IMG/VR virus record: IMGVR_UViG_3300025732_000017
Length of the DNA: 64,000 bases
Origin: a virus
Direction: 5' to 3' (one strand)
The notes beneath the pieces were generated by a model. The model searched no databases. It saw nothing but the letters and a program-made list of their open reading frames with translations, and was not told where the DNA came from. The position numbers were made by a program, and so were the translations under genes. Each line of letters begins with the position of its first letter. Position 1 is the stretch's first letter. Shown in pieces: positions 18,407 through 28,050 of the stretch.

Positions 18407-20066
18407 AATTACCTCATACATGTCTAATCCCAATCTAAAACGCGCAGGCGTAAAGATTGAGTGGACACAAGATCAAATCAAGGAATATGTAAAGTGTTCG
18501 GAAGATCCCGTATACTTTGCATTGAACTACATGCGTATCGTCAATGTAGATACTGGTCTTGTTCCATTTAGAATGTGGGACTTTCAAAAACACATGTTGG
18601 AAACATTTCACAAGAATCGTTTCGTCGTGTGTAAGATGCCTCGTCAGGTTGGTAAGTCAACGACAATCATTGCATATCTCCTACATCAAATTCTATTTCG
18701 CGATAATACAAGCGTTGCGATGCTTGCAAACAAAGGATCAACTGCAAGAGAATTATTGAGTCGCCTACAGCTCGCATATGAAAATCTACCTATTTGGTTG
18801 CAACAAGGTATCGTGACTTGGAACAAGGGTAACATTGAACTAGAGAACGGGTCCAAGGTTCTTGCAGCTGCAACATCATCAAGTGCAGTTCGTGGTGGTT
18901 CATATAATATCCTGTTCCTTGACGAATATGCATTCGTGCCAAACAATCAGGCAGACCAGTTCTTCAATTCGGTTTATCCTACAATTTCTTCTGGTAAGAC
19001 ATCACAGGTTCTTGTCGTTTCTACACCAAACGGTTTGAATCATTTCTATCGCATGTGGTCTGATGCAACGAATAAGAGAAGCAATTATGTGCCTATTGAA
19101 GTTCATTGGTCACAAGTTCCCGGTCGTGACGAGAGATGGAAAGAAGAAACGATACGCAATACGTCGCTTGATCAATTCCGAGTTGAGTTTGAAACAGAAT
19201 TTGTTGGTTCGTCTCACACATTGATCTCTGGTGCTAAACTCAAAACACTTGTATTCAATAACCCAATTCGTCAAGACAATAAACTTGACATTCTTGAAGA
19301 GCCACAAAAAGACCACACATATGTCGTGACTGTTGACGTTTCTCGTGGACAGGGTCTTGATTATTCGGCATTTTCAATTATGGATGTGACAAGCATACCC
19401 TATAAACAAGTTGCAAAGTATCGCGATAAAGATATATCACCTCTTCTTTATCCTACACTAATATTCAATGCAGCTACGGCTTATAACAATGCTTACATTT
19501 TGGTTGAAATCAATGACATTGGTCAACAGATAGCTGACATTCTACATCATGAACTTGAATACGAAAATCTAGTCAAGATACAGATAAAACCGCGCCAGGG
19601 TCAGCAGATGTCTTACGGACACACAAAAAAGATTCAGTTTGGTGTCAAGACATCTGTGGCTACAAAACGAATTGGGTGTTCAAACTTGAAAACTCTTGTC
19701 GAGAGCGATAAGTTACTAATAAATGACGCTGATACGATCATGGAATTGATGACTTTTGTTGCTTCCCGTGAATCGTTTGCTGCCGAAGAGGGTAGTCATG
19801 ATGATCTAGCCATGACACTTGTTCTATTTGCATGGTTCATTGCACAGAGAAACTTTAGGGAATCATTGAATGGGGATATACGATCTGTGCTACAAAGAGA
19901 GCAATTGAACATTGCTCAAGAAGATTTGGTGCCCTTTGGGGTCATTGATGATGGTATAAATGATAGAGATATGGAAGTGGTCGATATAGAAAGACAGTGG
20001 CTTGAGGAAAGAAAATTGAAAGCGCCATTGGATAGTTATGATTATGACTGGAGAAGTCGTTTTTGA
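18399..20066 (+). CDS. gp17: Terminase large subunit
   Basis: Walker A PRQVGKST, Walker B ILFLDEYAF, VSTPNG, nuclease DVSRGQGLDYS and HDDLAM. Confidence 0.97.
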   Translation: MAEITSYMSNPNLKRAGVKIEWTQDQIKEYVKCSEDPVYFALNYMRIVNVDTGLVPFRMWDFQKHMLETFHKNRFVVCKMPRQVGKSTTIIAYLLHQILFRDNTSVAMLANKGSTARELLSRLQLAYENLPIWLQQGIVTWNKGNIELENGSKVLAAATSSSAVRGGSYNILFLDEYAFVPNNQADQFFNSVYPTISSGKTSQVLVVSTPNGLNHFYRMWSDATNKRSNYVPIEVHWSQVPGRDERWKEETIRNTSLDQFRVEFETEFVGSSHTLISGAKLKTLVFNNPIRQDNKLDILEEPQKDHTYVVTVDVSRGQGLDYSAFSIMDVTSIPYKQVAKYRDKDISPLLYPTLIFNAATAYNNAYILVEINDIGQQIADILHHELEYENLVKIQIKPRQGQQMSYGHTKKIQFGVKTSVATKRIGCSNLKTLVESDKLLINDADTIMELMTFVASRESFAAEEGSHDDLAMTLVLFAWFIAQRNFRESLNGDIRSVLQREQLNIAQEDLVPFGVIDDGINDRDMEVVDIERQWLEERKLKAPLDSYDYDWRSRF

Positions 20067-20079
20067 AAAACTGCTTTTC

Positions 20080-20087
20080 TATAAATA
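20080..20087 (+). promoter_or_regulatory. T4-type late promoter TATAAATA
   Basis: Exact consensus upstream of gp18. Confidence 0.85.
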
Positions 20088-20133
20088 TTATCATATAAGT
20101 ATCAAAATTCTCTACTTCTGAAAGGAGTAAACA

Positions 20134-21885
20134 ATGCCATTTCAATTGAGTCCGGGCGTAGTTACTACTGAAATTGATCTAACAACCGTCATTCCTGCCG
20201 TTTCTACTACAAACGGTGGCTTCGTAGGCGATTTTCCTTGGGGTCCAGCAAATACGGTAGTTACTGTAGATAGCGAAAACACTCTTGCTGCTATTTTTGG
20301 CAAGCCAGACAATACGACATTTATTCCATTCATGACTGCAGCAAGTTTCTTGGCTTACGGAAACAATTTGAAACTTGTTCGTGCAATCAATACAAGTTCT
20401 AAGAATGCAACTGCAAATGGAACTGGACTATTGATCGAAAATAACGATTCTTGGTTCAACAATTATAGAACTTCCGTAACTGCAAATAGTGGTTGGGCAA
20501 GCACTAATTTCTTGGGTGTTGCAGCTAAACATCCTGGTACGCTAGGAAACTCAATTAAAGTTGCATATGTTTCAGCAGGAAACGCTGCTGTGTTCTCCTC
20601 ATGGGCTTACGCATCATTCTTTGATGATGCTCCAGGAACATCTCTATATGCAAGTTCTCGTGGTGCATCAAATGACGAAATTCATATTGCGGTGATTGAT
20701 GCTACAGGAACGATTGCCCAAGGTGGTACACCAGCGGGAACAAATGCTGCCGGAGCAGTTCTAGAAACATTTCCAAATCTATCAGTAGCATCTGATGCAA
20801 AGAATTCTGATGGTTCACCAAACTTCTACGTTGATGTTCTTGCCACACGTTCAAATTGGATTCGTTGGCTTGCACATCCAGCTAACACATCAAACTGGGG
20901 TGTTGCTACAGCGAACGGTGTAACGTATGTTGGTGTTGGTGGAATGAGTCCAGCTGTTGCAAACGGAACAACGCTTTCTGGCGGTGCATATACAGCAGCG
21001 ACTGATGCAGACAAGCAAACTGCTTGGGGTAAACTAAGAAATGCTGATGAAGTTGATGTTTCCTTACTTGTTACCGGAGATGCAAGCGGAACTCTAGCAC
21101 AATACATTATCGATAATGTTGCTGAATATAGAAAAGATTGCGTTGCTTTCATTTCTCCAGCCTCAGCAAACGTTGTTAATAATCCAGGTAACGAAGTAAC
21201 AGCGATAACAACGCAAAAGAATACAAACATTAATCGCTCAAGTTCTTATGCAGTATTTGATTCTGCATGGAAATATATGTTTGACAAGTATAATAACACG
21301 TATCGTTATGTTCCTCTAAATGGAGATATTGCAGGTCTATGTGTTCGCACAGACAATACAAATGATCCATGGTTCTCTCCTGCAGGATTGAATAGAGGAC
21401 AAATTAAAAATGTTGTCAAGTTGTCTTGGAATCCAAATAAGACAAATAGAGATGATCTCTACAAGGTTGGAGTAAATCCTGTTGTGTCCTTCCCTGGTGA
21501 AGGTACTGTATTGTTTGGCGATAAAACAATGTTGACAAAACCTAGCGCGTTTGACCGCATCAATGTTCGTCGTCTATTCATTGTACTTGAAAAGGCAATT
21601 GCAACTGCAGCAAAGTATTCACTGTTTGAGTTCAATGACGAATTTACACGTTCACAGTTTGTATCTCTAGTAGATCCATATCTTCGTGACGTTCAAGGTC
21701 GTCGCGGAATCTTTGACTATAGAGTTGTCTGTGACGAAACAAACAATACTCCAGAAATAATTGATCGCAACGAGTTTGTAGGTGACATCTATATTAAACC
21801 AGCACGTTCAATCAACTTTATTCAGTTGAACTTTGTTGCTGTAAGAACTGGTGTTTCATTTGACGAAATTGTTGGAAGATTCTAA
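20134..21885 (+). CDS. gp18: Tail sheath protein
   Basis: LSPGVVTTEIDLT, WFSPAGLNRG, GDKT, AFDRINVRRLF and KPARSINFIQLNF motifs. Confidence 0.97.
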   Translation: MPFQLSPGVVTTEIDLTTVIPAVSTTNGGFVGDFPWGPANTVVTVDSENTLAAIFGKPDNTTFIPFMTAASFLAYGNNLKLVRAINTSSKNATANGTGLLIENNDSWFNNYRTSVTANSGWASTNFLGVAAKHPGTLGNSIKVAYVSAGNAAVFSSWAYASFFDDAPGTSLYASSRGASNDEIHIAVIDATGTIAQGGTPAGTNAAGAVLETFPNLSVASDAKNSDGSPNFYVDVLATRSNWIRWLAHPANTSNWGVATANGVTYVGVGGMSPAVANGTTLSGGAYTAATDADKQTAWGKLRNADEVDVSLLVTGDASGTLAQYIIDNVAEYRKDCVAFISPASANVVNNPGNEVTAITTQKNTNINRSSSYAVFDSAWKYMFDKYNNTYRYVPLNGDIAGLCVRTDNTNDPWFSPAGLNRGQIKNVVKLSWNPNKTNRDDLYKVGVNPVVSFPGEGTVLFGDKTMLTKPSAFDRINVRRLFIVLEKAIATAAKYSLFEFNDEFTRSQFVSLVDPYLRDVQGRRGIFDYRVVCDETNNTPEIIDRNEFVGDIYIKPARSINFIQLNFVAVRTGVSFDEIVGRF

Positions 21886-21916
21886 TCTAAATAGATAAAA
21901 GATAGGAGTATCTTAG

Positions 21917-22483
21917 ATGGCTTTTAATATCACGGATTTTCGTTCAACGCTAACTAGAGATGGTGCTAGACCAAATCTATTTGAAGTTACGATGAATTTT
22001 CCTACTAATGTCGTTACAAATGGCGCGATTGCATCAAGAAAATTTACTTTCATGTGTAGATCTGCACAACTACCAGGATCAAGTATTGGATCTGTAGTAG
22101 TTCCATACTTCGGAAGAGAAGTAAAACTTGCAGGTAATCGCGTATTTGCTGACTGGACCGTAACAATCATAAATGATGAAGATTTTGCTATCAAAAATGC
22201 ATTTGAATTGTGGATGAATGGAATCAATAGTCATTTTGGAAATAGAAGAAATGGTTCTTTTGCATCGGCAACTTCTTACACCAGTGATGCTACTGTCAAA
22301 CAGTATGGAAAAACTGGAAGTAGAATAAAAGATTATCAGTTTGTTGGTATGTTTCCGATTGATCTTGCTCCAATTGATCTTGATTGGGGTGCAAATGATG
22401 CGATTGAAGAATACGCAGTAACATTCCAATATCAGTATTGGTTGTCAAATACTACAGATAGAAGATCTTCGGTTTTTGGCTAA
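21917..22483 (+). CDS. gp19: Tail tube protein
   Basis: GARPNLFEV, VPYFGREVKLAGNRVFADWTVTIINDEDF and IEEYAVTFQYQYW motifs. Confidence 0.95.
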   Translation: MAFNITDFRSTLTRDGARPNLFEVTMNFPTNVVTNGAIASRKFTFMCRSAQLPGSSIGSVVVPYFGREVKLAGNRVFADWTVTIINDEDFAIKNAFELWMNGINSHFGNRRNGSFASATSYTSDATVKQYGKTGSRIKDYQFVGMFPIDLAPIDLDWGANDAIEEYAVTFQYQYWLSNTTDRRSSVFG

Positions 22484-22531
22484 GATATAATAAAAAGTTT
22501 TATATCATGATATTTTTGAAGGGAAAAGTAA

Positions 22532-24301
22532 ATGGCTAATTGGAAGTTATTTGGATTCCAGATAACGAACGAAAAAACCAAGAAGCAGGAAGGGCAACAG
22601 GACGCCAAGAATATAACAGAAAAGTCCTTTGCCCTTCCTCAAAACGACGATGGTGCCGTTACGCTTCAGACCGGAGCGTATTTTGGCACCTACGTTGATT
22701 TGGAAGGTGTTGTTCGTAACGAAATAGAACTCATTACACGTTATCGTGAAATGGCAATGCAGCCTGAACTGGAGACTGCAATTGACGATATTGTCAATGA
22801 AGCCATTGTCATGCAAGGACACACTCAACCACTAACAATCAATCTTGATGATCTCAAGCAACCAGATTCAATCAAGAAAAAGATTCGCGAAGAATTTTCA
22901 AACGTTCTCAAGATGTTGAACTTTGGTAACATGGGTTCAGAACTATTTCGTCGTTGGTACATTGACGGAAGAATGTTCTATCATGTGATCATTGATGAAT
23001 CTAGACCAAGAGATGGTATCAAGGAACTCCGTTATATTGATCCAAGACGCATTCGTAAAGTGCGTGAAATTCAAAAGACAAAAGATGCAGCAACTGCTGC
23101 AGATATTATCAAGACAGTAAGAGAGTATTATCTCTACAATGAACGCGGTATCATTGGCGCACACTCAAACTTGGGCATGAGAATTGCTCCAGACTCTGTC
23201 ATCAATGTGAATTCTGGATTGATGGATTCTCGTCGTGCAATGGTTCTATCATACTTACACAAGGCAATCAAGCCATTGAATCAGCTTCGTATGGTTGAAG
23301 ATGCTACAGTCATCTATCGTCTATCAAGAGCACCAGAACGTCGTGTATTCTACATCGACGTTGGTAATCTACCAAAGGTCAAGGCTGAGCAATATCTTCG
23401 TGACTTGATGGTCAAGTATCGTAACAAACTTGTGTATGATTCAAGCACAGGTGAAATCAGAGATGATCGCAAGCATCTATCAATGCTTGAAGACTTTTGG
23501 CTACCCCGCCGTGAGGGTGGCAAAGGTACCGAGATCCAAACTCTTCCAGGCGGACAGAATCTTGGTGAAATGGAAGATGTCAAGTACTTTGAACGCAAAC
23601 TATACAAGTCATTAAGCATTCCTATTTCTCGTCTTGAGATGCAACAGGGCTTCTCAATTGGCCGCACATCGGAAATTACTAGAGATGAATTGAAATTCTC
23701 AAAGTTTGTGTTTAGGCTTCGTAACAAGTTTTCCACACTATTTGACGAAGCACTCCGTGTTCAATTGTCACTAAAAGGTATTTGCACAGTTGAGGAGTGG
23801 GAAGACTTTAAAGAAAACATCTATTATGATTTCATTACGGATAACAACTTCGATGAGTTGAAGAAGGCAGAACTTATCCAGAATCGTATCACGGTTCTAC
23901 AATTGGCAGATCCATACATTGGCAAATACTTCTCGATTGAATGGGCTCGCAAGAACATTCTCAATCAAACAGATGATGAAATTGCTGAAATCAAGAAGCA
24001 AATTGAAGAAGAACAAGAAGAAATGATGGTAATGGCGCAGAAACAAGCCGAATTAGCACAAGCAGCTACGCCACAAGATCCTCAAGCACAACAGCAACAA
24101 CAAGCTGATCCAAACAATCCTATTGCACCACAACAAGATGGTCAACAACAGCAGCTTGATGTAGACACAGCATTTCAAAACACGACATCTCCAGGAGTCT
24201 CTCCATTGGATGATGCGGCATCTCAGCAATTGAAAGTTGAGAATAAAACCAATCTAAATAATATACTAAGAATAATCAAAGATCGGAGAAATGTTCTATG
24301 A
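22532..24301 (+). CDS. gp20: Portal vertex protein with Gln-rich C-terminal tail
   Basis: SYLHKAIKPLNQLRMVEDA, RAPERRVFYIDVGNLPK and EDFWLPRREGGKGTEI motifs. Confidence 0.97.
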   Translation: MANWKLFGFQITNEKTKKQEGQQDAKNITEKSFALPQNDDGAVTLQTGAYFGTYVDLEGVVRNEIELITRYREMAMQPELETAIDDIVNEAIVMQGHTQPLTINLDDLKQPDSIKKKIREEFSNVLKMLNFGNMGSELFRRWYIDGRMFYHVIIDESRPRDGIKELRYIDPRRIRKVREIQKTKDAATAADIIKTVREYYLYNERGIIGAHSNLGMRIAPDSVINVNSGLMDSRRAMVLSYLHKAIKPLNQLRMVEDATVIYRLSRAPERRVFYIDVGNLPKVKAEQYLRDLMVKYRNKLVYDSSTGEIRDDRKHLSMLEDFWLPRREGGKGTEIQTLPGGQNLGEMEDVKYFERKLYKSLSIPISRLEMQQGFSIGRTSEITRDELKFSKFVFRLRNKFSTLFDEALRVQLSLKGICTVEEWEDFKENIYYDFITDNNFDELKKAELIQNRITVLQLADPYIGKYFSIEWARKNILNQTDDEIAEIKKQIEEEQEEMMVMAQKQAELAQAATPQDPQAQQQQQADPNNPIAPQQDGQQQQLDVDTAFQNTTSPGVSPLDDAASQQLKVENKTNLNNILRIIKDRRNVL

Positions 24302-24681
24302 GCAATGCAGTTGTAAGAACAATCGTAGAAAATATTGTCAATGACAAGTTTGAAAGTCTAAAAGAAGATCTTTCCAAAGCAGTTTCTGCCAAAGCAGTAA
24401 ATGTTCTTGAAAGCAAGAAAGCAATGATTGGTAAAACATTCTTTGAAGAAAAAAAAAAGATAAATGAAGGCTTTAAGATAGGTGACAATGTAAAAATTCA
24501 TCAAGATTTGAACGACACTGGTAAAATTGTAGGATCTGATGATCACAATTATCATGTTGATGTTGGTTCAAAATTGAGAAGACATTTTGTTGGAGATCCG
24601 CGTAGCAACGTTATACACATGCCAAAAAATAATATTCATCAATTAAATAAATATCGCGCAGGAATTCCGCATAATAATTAA
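24298..24681 (+). CDS. Prohead core protein (gp67-like N-terminus) fused to a small SH3/KOW-like domain
   Basis: Position after gp20, helical N-terminus, then INEGFKIGDNVKI. Confidence 0.5.
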   Translation: MSNAVVRTIVENIVNDKFESLKEDLSKAVSAKAVNVLESKKAMIGKTFFEEKKKINEGFKIGDNVKIHQDLNDTGKIVGSDDHNYHVDVGSKLRRHFVGDPRSNVIHMPKNNIHQLNKYRAGIPHNN

Positions 24682-24699
24682 GATAGAAGACTATAAGAA

Positions 24700-25197
24700 A
24701 TGAAGACACTAAGCAAATTTTTTTCTGAAACCGAGCAATCAAATATTGATGATTCTATAGTCATGGAAGATCTTTCTTTCAAGTCAGATCCCCCAAACAT
24801 CATTATGTTGAAACGCAAGGCTATTCGCGTTTTTCCGGACGGAAGAAAAGTTGCTTTATATTATGCAGATAAGATTCATCAGTATGTAACAATACCTTAT
24901 TCTGACATGATGCACGGAAATAAAGGCATTGTTCAAGTGCATGAAGCAAAACAAGATCGTAGAGGCAACATGCCTGCTCTTCAAGATATAGTTCAAAAAG
25001 GTAATCCTGGAATGTTGACATTTGATAACGGCGGTCAACAAAAAGTTGATGTCATGACTGCACAAGCAATCATCAATGTTTACAACAAAGTAAATTTGAC
25101 CAATCGCTACAAGATTGAAAGAATGATTAATAAAGATCAAAATAACTTTGCCAAAGTTGCAGCATTTGCACATGGCGCACATACGGATGGAATGTAA
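24700..25197 (+). CDS. Putative internal head protein
   Basis: N-terminal MKTLSKFFSE resembles the T4 capsid-targeting sequence; lies in the prohead cluster. Confidence 0.5.
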   Translation: MKTLSKFFSETEQSNIDDSIVMEDLSFKSDPPNIIMLKRKAIRVFPDGRKVALYYADKIHQYVTIPYSDMMHGNKGIVQVHEAKQDRRGNMPALQDIVQKGNPGMLTFDNGGQQKVDVMTAQAIINVYNKVNLTNRYKIERMINKDQNNFAKVAAFAHGAHTDGM

Positions 25198-25199
25198 AG

Positions 25200-25670
25200 A
25201 TGGCAAATACATCACAGAAACTTGTGGATTCTGAAAGAAGAGTTGTATACAAGTGGACAGGTAATACTGCTGAATCTGCTGTATTAAAAATTGATGCGGG
25301 TGCGTTGAATTTTTCATTGAATGCAAACAATCAACTTCTTGGCAGTGGCACGGATCGTAAAACAGCATATAGATTATCATTGAAAAAAGTTATCTATGAT
25401 GTTGTAGCAGGTCAAGCAGGAAATGGTTACGTTGAACTTTATTGGACCGGTACACCAAATCAAACTTTGGTAACTTTGTCTGGTCAAGGTCAAATGGATT
25501 TTGCTGAAGGTGGTGATGGCATCATAATATTGAACAACGCATCTGGTGCTGGTTCAAATGGAAATGTAGGATTGCAAACTGTAAATTTTGCTGCTACAGG
25601 TTGCTCTTATACAATTGTTGCTGATTTTAGAAAACATTCTGAAGACTATTCAACCTTTGATAGGGACTAA
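25200..25670 (+). CDS. Hypothetical virion/prohead-region protein
   Basis: 156-aa beta-rich ORF with tight spacing to its neighbours. Confidence 0.65.
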   Translation: MANTSQKLVDSERRVVYKWTGNTAESAVLKIDAGALNFSLNANNQLLGSGTDRKTAYRLSLKKVIYDVVAGQAGNGYVELYWTGTPNQTLVTLSGQGQMDFAEGGDGIIILNNASGAGSNGNVGLQTVNFAATGCSYTIVADFRKHSEDYSTFDRD

Positions 25671-25674
25671 ATAA

Positions 25675-26139
25675 ATGTCATCAACTAAAAAAATAATAGA
25701 ATCTATCATACTAGATGACTTTAATAGCGCAAATGAAAGTCTTTCAGAATCATTTGTTGAAATTTTGAAAGACAAACTTTCAGAGGCAAAGAAGATTGTT
25801 GCTGCAAAGTATGGTGTAGCTGAACTTGCTGAAGCACTAGAATCAATTGATGAAGAAAATCTTGATGAAGGAACAAGAATTAGAATTGTAAAAGCGCGTT
25901 TGCGTAGAAAAAATGGAAAAATTGTTGTACAACGTCGCAAAAAAGTTCTTGGTTCTGGTTTGAAAGGCAAAGGCTACAAGATGGGGCCAGATGGTAGACC
26001 AGTTCGCATGTCTGCCGGCGAAAGACTTCGTCGTCGTCGCGCAAGACTAAAGGCCGAAAGAAAAAGAAAAAGTATTCTTGCCAGAATACGAAGAAATAGA
26101 AAAATGACTATGAGAAAAAGAACAGGTATGGGACTATGA
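25675..26139 (+). CDS. gp68: Prohead core protein, gp68-like
   Basis: Acidic N-half ending NLDE, very Arg/Lys-rich C-half (RMSAGERLRRRRARLKAERKRK); immediately before gp21. Confidence 0.7.
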   Translation: MSSTKKIIESIILDDFNSANESLSESFVEILKDKLSEAKKIVAAKYGVAELAEALESIDEENLDEGTRIRIVKARLRRKNGKIVVQRRKKVLGSGLKGKGYKMGPDGRPVRMSAGERLRRRRARLKAERKRKSILARIRRNRKMTMRKRTGMGL

Positions 26140-26783
26140 AACTCATAAAAGAAGTCGTAGAAGAAGTTCGTTATTTGACTGAAGAAGGTCCTGCAGGAAA
26201 TAAAGAACACTTCATTGAAGGTGTTTTCTTGCAAGCCGAGCGTCAAAATCGTAATGGTAGAGTATATCCAATGGATATCCTACAAAGAGAAGTATCTCGT
26301 TATACTACAAACTATATCATGCAAAATCGTGCATTTGGTGAACTGGGTCATCCAGATACACCAACAATCAATCTTGATCGTGTATCACACATGATCAAGG
26401 ATTTGAAACAAGAAGGCACAAATTATGTGGGTAAAGCCAAGATTTTGGATACTCCTTATGGAAAGATTGTGAAGAATCTAATTGATGAGGGCGCCAGATT
26501 GGGCGTATCTTCTAGAGGACTGGGATCGCTAAAGCCTAAGAATGGTGTAAATCTCGTACAGGATGATTTTTATTTGGCTACAGCGGCAGACATAGTTGCA
26601 GATCCTTCTGCACCTGATGCTTTTGTTAGAGGTATCATGGAAGGCAAAGAATGGATTATTGAAAATGGTCAATGGAAAGAAGTTGACTACGATCATGCAA
26701 AAAAGGCTTTGAATGAGGCTAATAGAAGAGACATGGAAGATGTCAAACTTCGCCTATTCAAAAATTTTCTCTCAAAACTCTAA
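26136..26783 (+). CDS. gp21: Prohead protease
   Basis: NRNGRVYP, GELGHP, RVSH, GVSSRGLGS and DIVADPSAPDAF motifs. Confidence 0.97.
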   Translation: MKLIKEVVEEVRYLTEEGPAGNKEHFIEGVFLQAERQNRNGRVYPMDILQREVSRYTTNYIMQNRAFGELGHPDTPTINLDRVSHMIKDLKQEGTNYVGKAKILDTPYGKIVKNLIDEGARLGVSSRGLGSLKPKNGVNLVQDDFYLATAADIVADPSAPDAFVRGIMEGKEWIIENGQWKEVDYDHAKKALNEANRRDMEDVKLRLFKNFLSKL

Positions 26784-26787
26784 AATA

Positions 26788-26795
26788 TATAAATA
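26788..26795 (+). promoter_or_regulatory. T4-type late promoter TATAAATA
   Basis: Exact consensus upstream of gp22. Confidence 0.85.
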
Positions 26796-26821
26796 GTCTA
26801 ATATAAAGGAGCAAAAACAAA

Positions 26822-28027
26822 ATGGCAAAGAAAAATCTAGCAGAAGCAGCTGCCGCAATTCTTTCAGGCAACATGGCTTCTCTAAAACCAATGTCAAAGG
26901 GTGGCGAGGCTTTCGGTCAAGCCGGTGCTACACCAGCTGTAGCCACACCTGGTCAAGAAGGTTCACCACAAACAATTCAGCCTGCTATTGCATCAGCTGA
27001 CGAAGCCGGCGTATCAAAGGCTACCGCTGCTGCTCCAACAGCAACTCCTCCAGGAGCAAAGCCAGCTCCAGCTGAGCCAATGCAGAAGGCTCCACCTCAA
27101 GTCAATGAAGAAGACGATGAGGAAGAAAAGAAAATGCATAATGAAGAATCTGATGATATGAAAAAAGAAACATATCACATGAAAAATGAAGAGAAAGACG
27201 AAGACGAGGAAGAAGAGAAGTCTGAAAAAGACGAAGACGAGAAAGAAGACGATGAAGACGACAAGAAGGCCATGAAAGAAGATCTTGACGCTCTTTTCCA
27301 CGGCGAAAATCTTTCCGAAGATTTCATGAACAAGGCTGCAACCATTTTTGAAGCTGCTGTAACTGCAAGAGTCAATTCTCTTGAAGAGAAGATCCAGGAA
27401 CAGTATGCTGAAATCCTTGAGCAAGTAACAGAAGAACTCAAGGAAGAACTAACAACAAAGGTTGACGACTATCTAAATTATGTCGTTGAAGAATGGGTTA
27501 AGGAAAACGAATTGGCAGTAGAGTCTGGTCTACGTTCAGAGTTGACCGAAGACTTCATTGCTGGTCTCCGCAACCTATTCGTTGAACACTACATTGACAT
27601 TCCAGAAGAGAAAGTTGATGTAGTTGAGGAAATGACCTCAAAGGTCGTTGAACTTGAAAGCAAATTGAATGAACAGATCTCTTCTGCAGTTGAGATGAGA
27701 AAACTAATCATCGAATACGCAAAGAGAGAAGCATTCCATGATATTTGTGAAGGACTAACATCAACTCAAGTTGAGAAGATGAAGTCATTGTCTGAAGGTG
27801 TTGAATTCTCAACAGTTGAAGACTACACACAAAGTCTCTTGACTCTTCGCGAAAATTATTTCCCAACAAAGTCTCCAGCAAAGTCAAACAACGAAAGACT
27901 TGATGAAGAAACTGATGTTGTGGAAGAGACACAGAGAACGAGTCTTGAAGAAGCAAAGGCTAACAAGATTGCTGACCCAGTAATGGAAGCATATGTTAAG
28001 TCAATCAGTCGCACAATAGTAAAATAA
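26822..28027 (+). CDS. gp22: Prohead core scaffold protein
   Basis: LSEDFMNKAATIFEAAV, KVDDYLNYVVEEW and LFVEHYIDIPEEKVDVV motifs; long low-complexity N-terminus. Confidence 0.93.
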   Translation: MAKKNLAEAAAAILSGNMASLKPMSKGGEAFGQAGATPAVATPGQEGSPQTIQPAIASADEAGVSKATAAAPTATPPGAKPAPAEPMQKAPPQVNEEDDEEEKKMHNEESDDMKKETYHMKNEEKDEDEEEEKSEKDEDEKEDDEDDKKAMKEDLDALFHGENLSEDFMNKAATIFEAAVTARVNSLEEKIQEQYAEILEQVTEELKEELTTKVDDYLNYVVEEWVKENELAVESGLRSELTEDFIAGLRNLFVEHYIDIPEEKVDVVEEMTSKVVELESKLNEQISSAVEMRKLIIEYAKREAFHDICEGLTSTQVEKMKSLSEGVEFSTVEDYTQSLLTLRENYFPTKSPAKSNNERLDEETDVVEETQRTSLEEAKANKIADPVMEAYVKSISRTIVK

Positions 28028-28050
28028 ATTTTTTAAAGGAGTTAACTTAA

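Noticed and set aside
22484-22506. GATATAA/TTATATC inverted repeat between gp19 and gp20
   Set aside because: The arms are short and AT-only in AT-rich DNA, so chance is likely.
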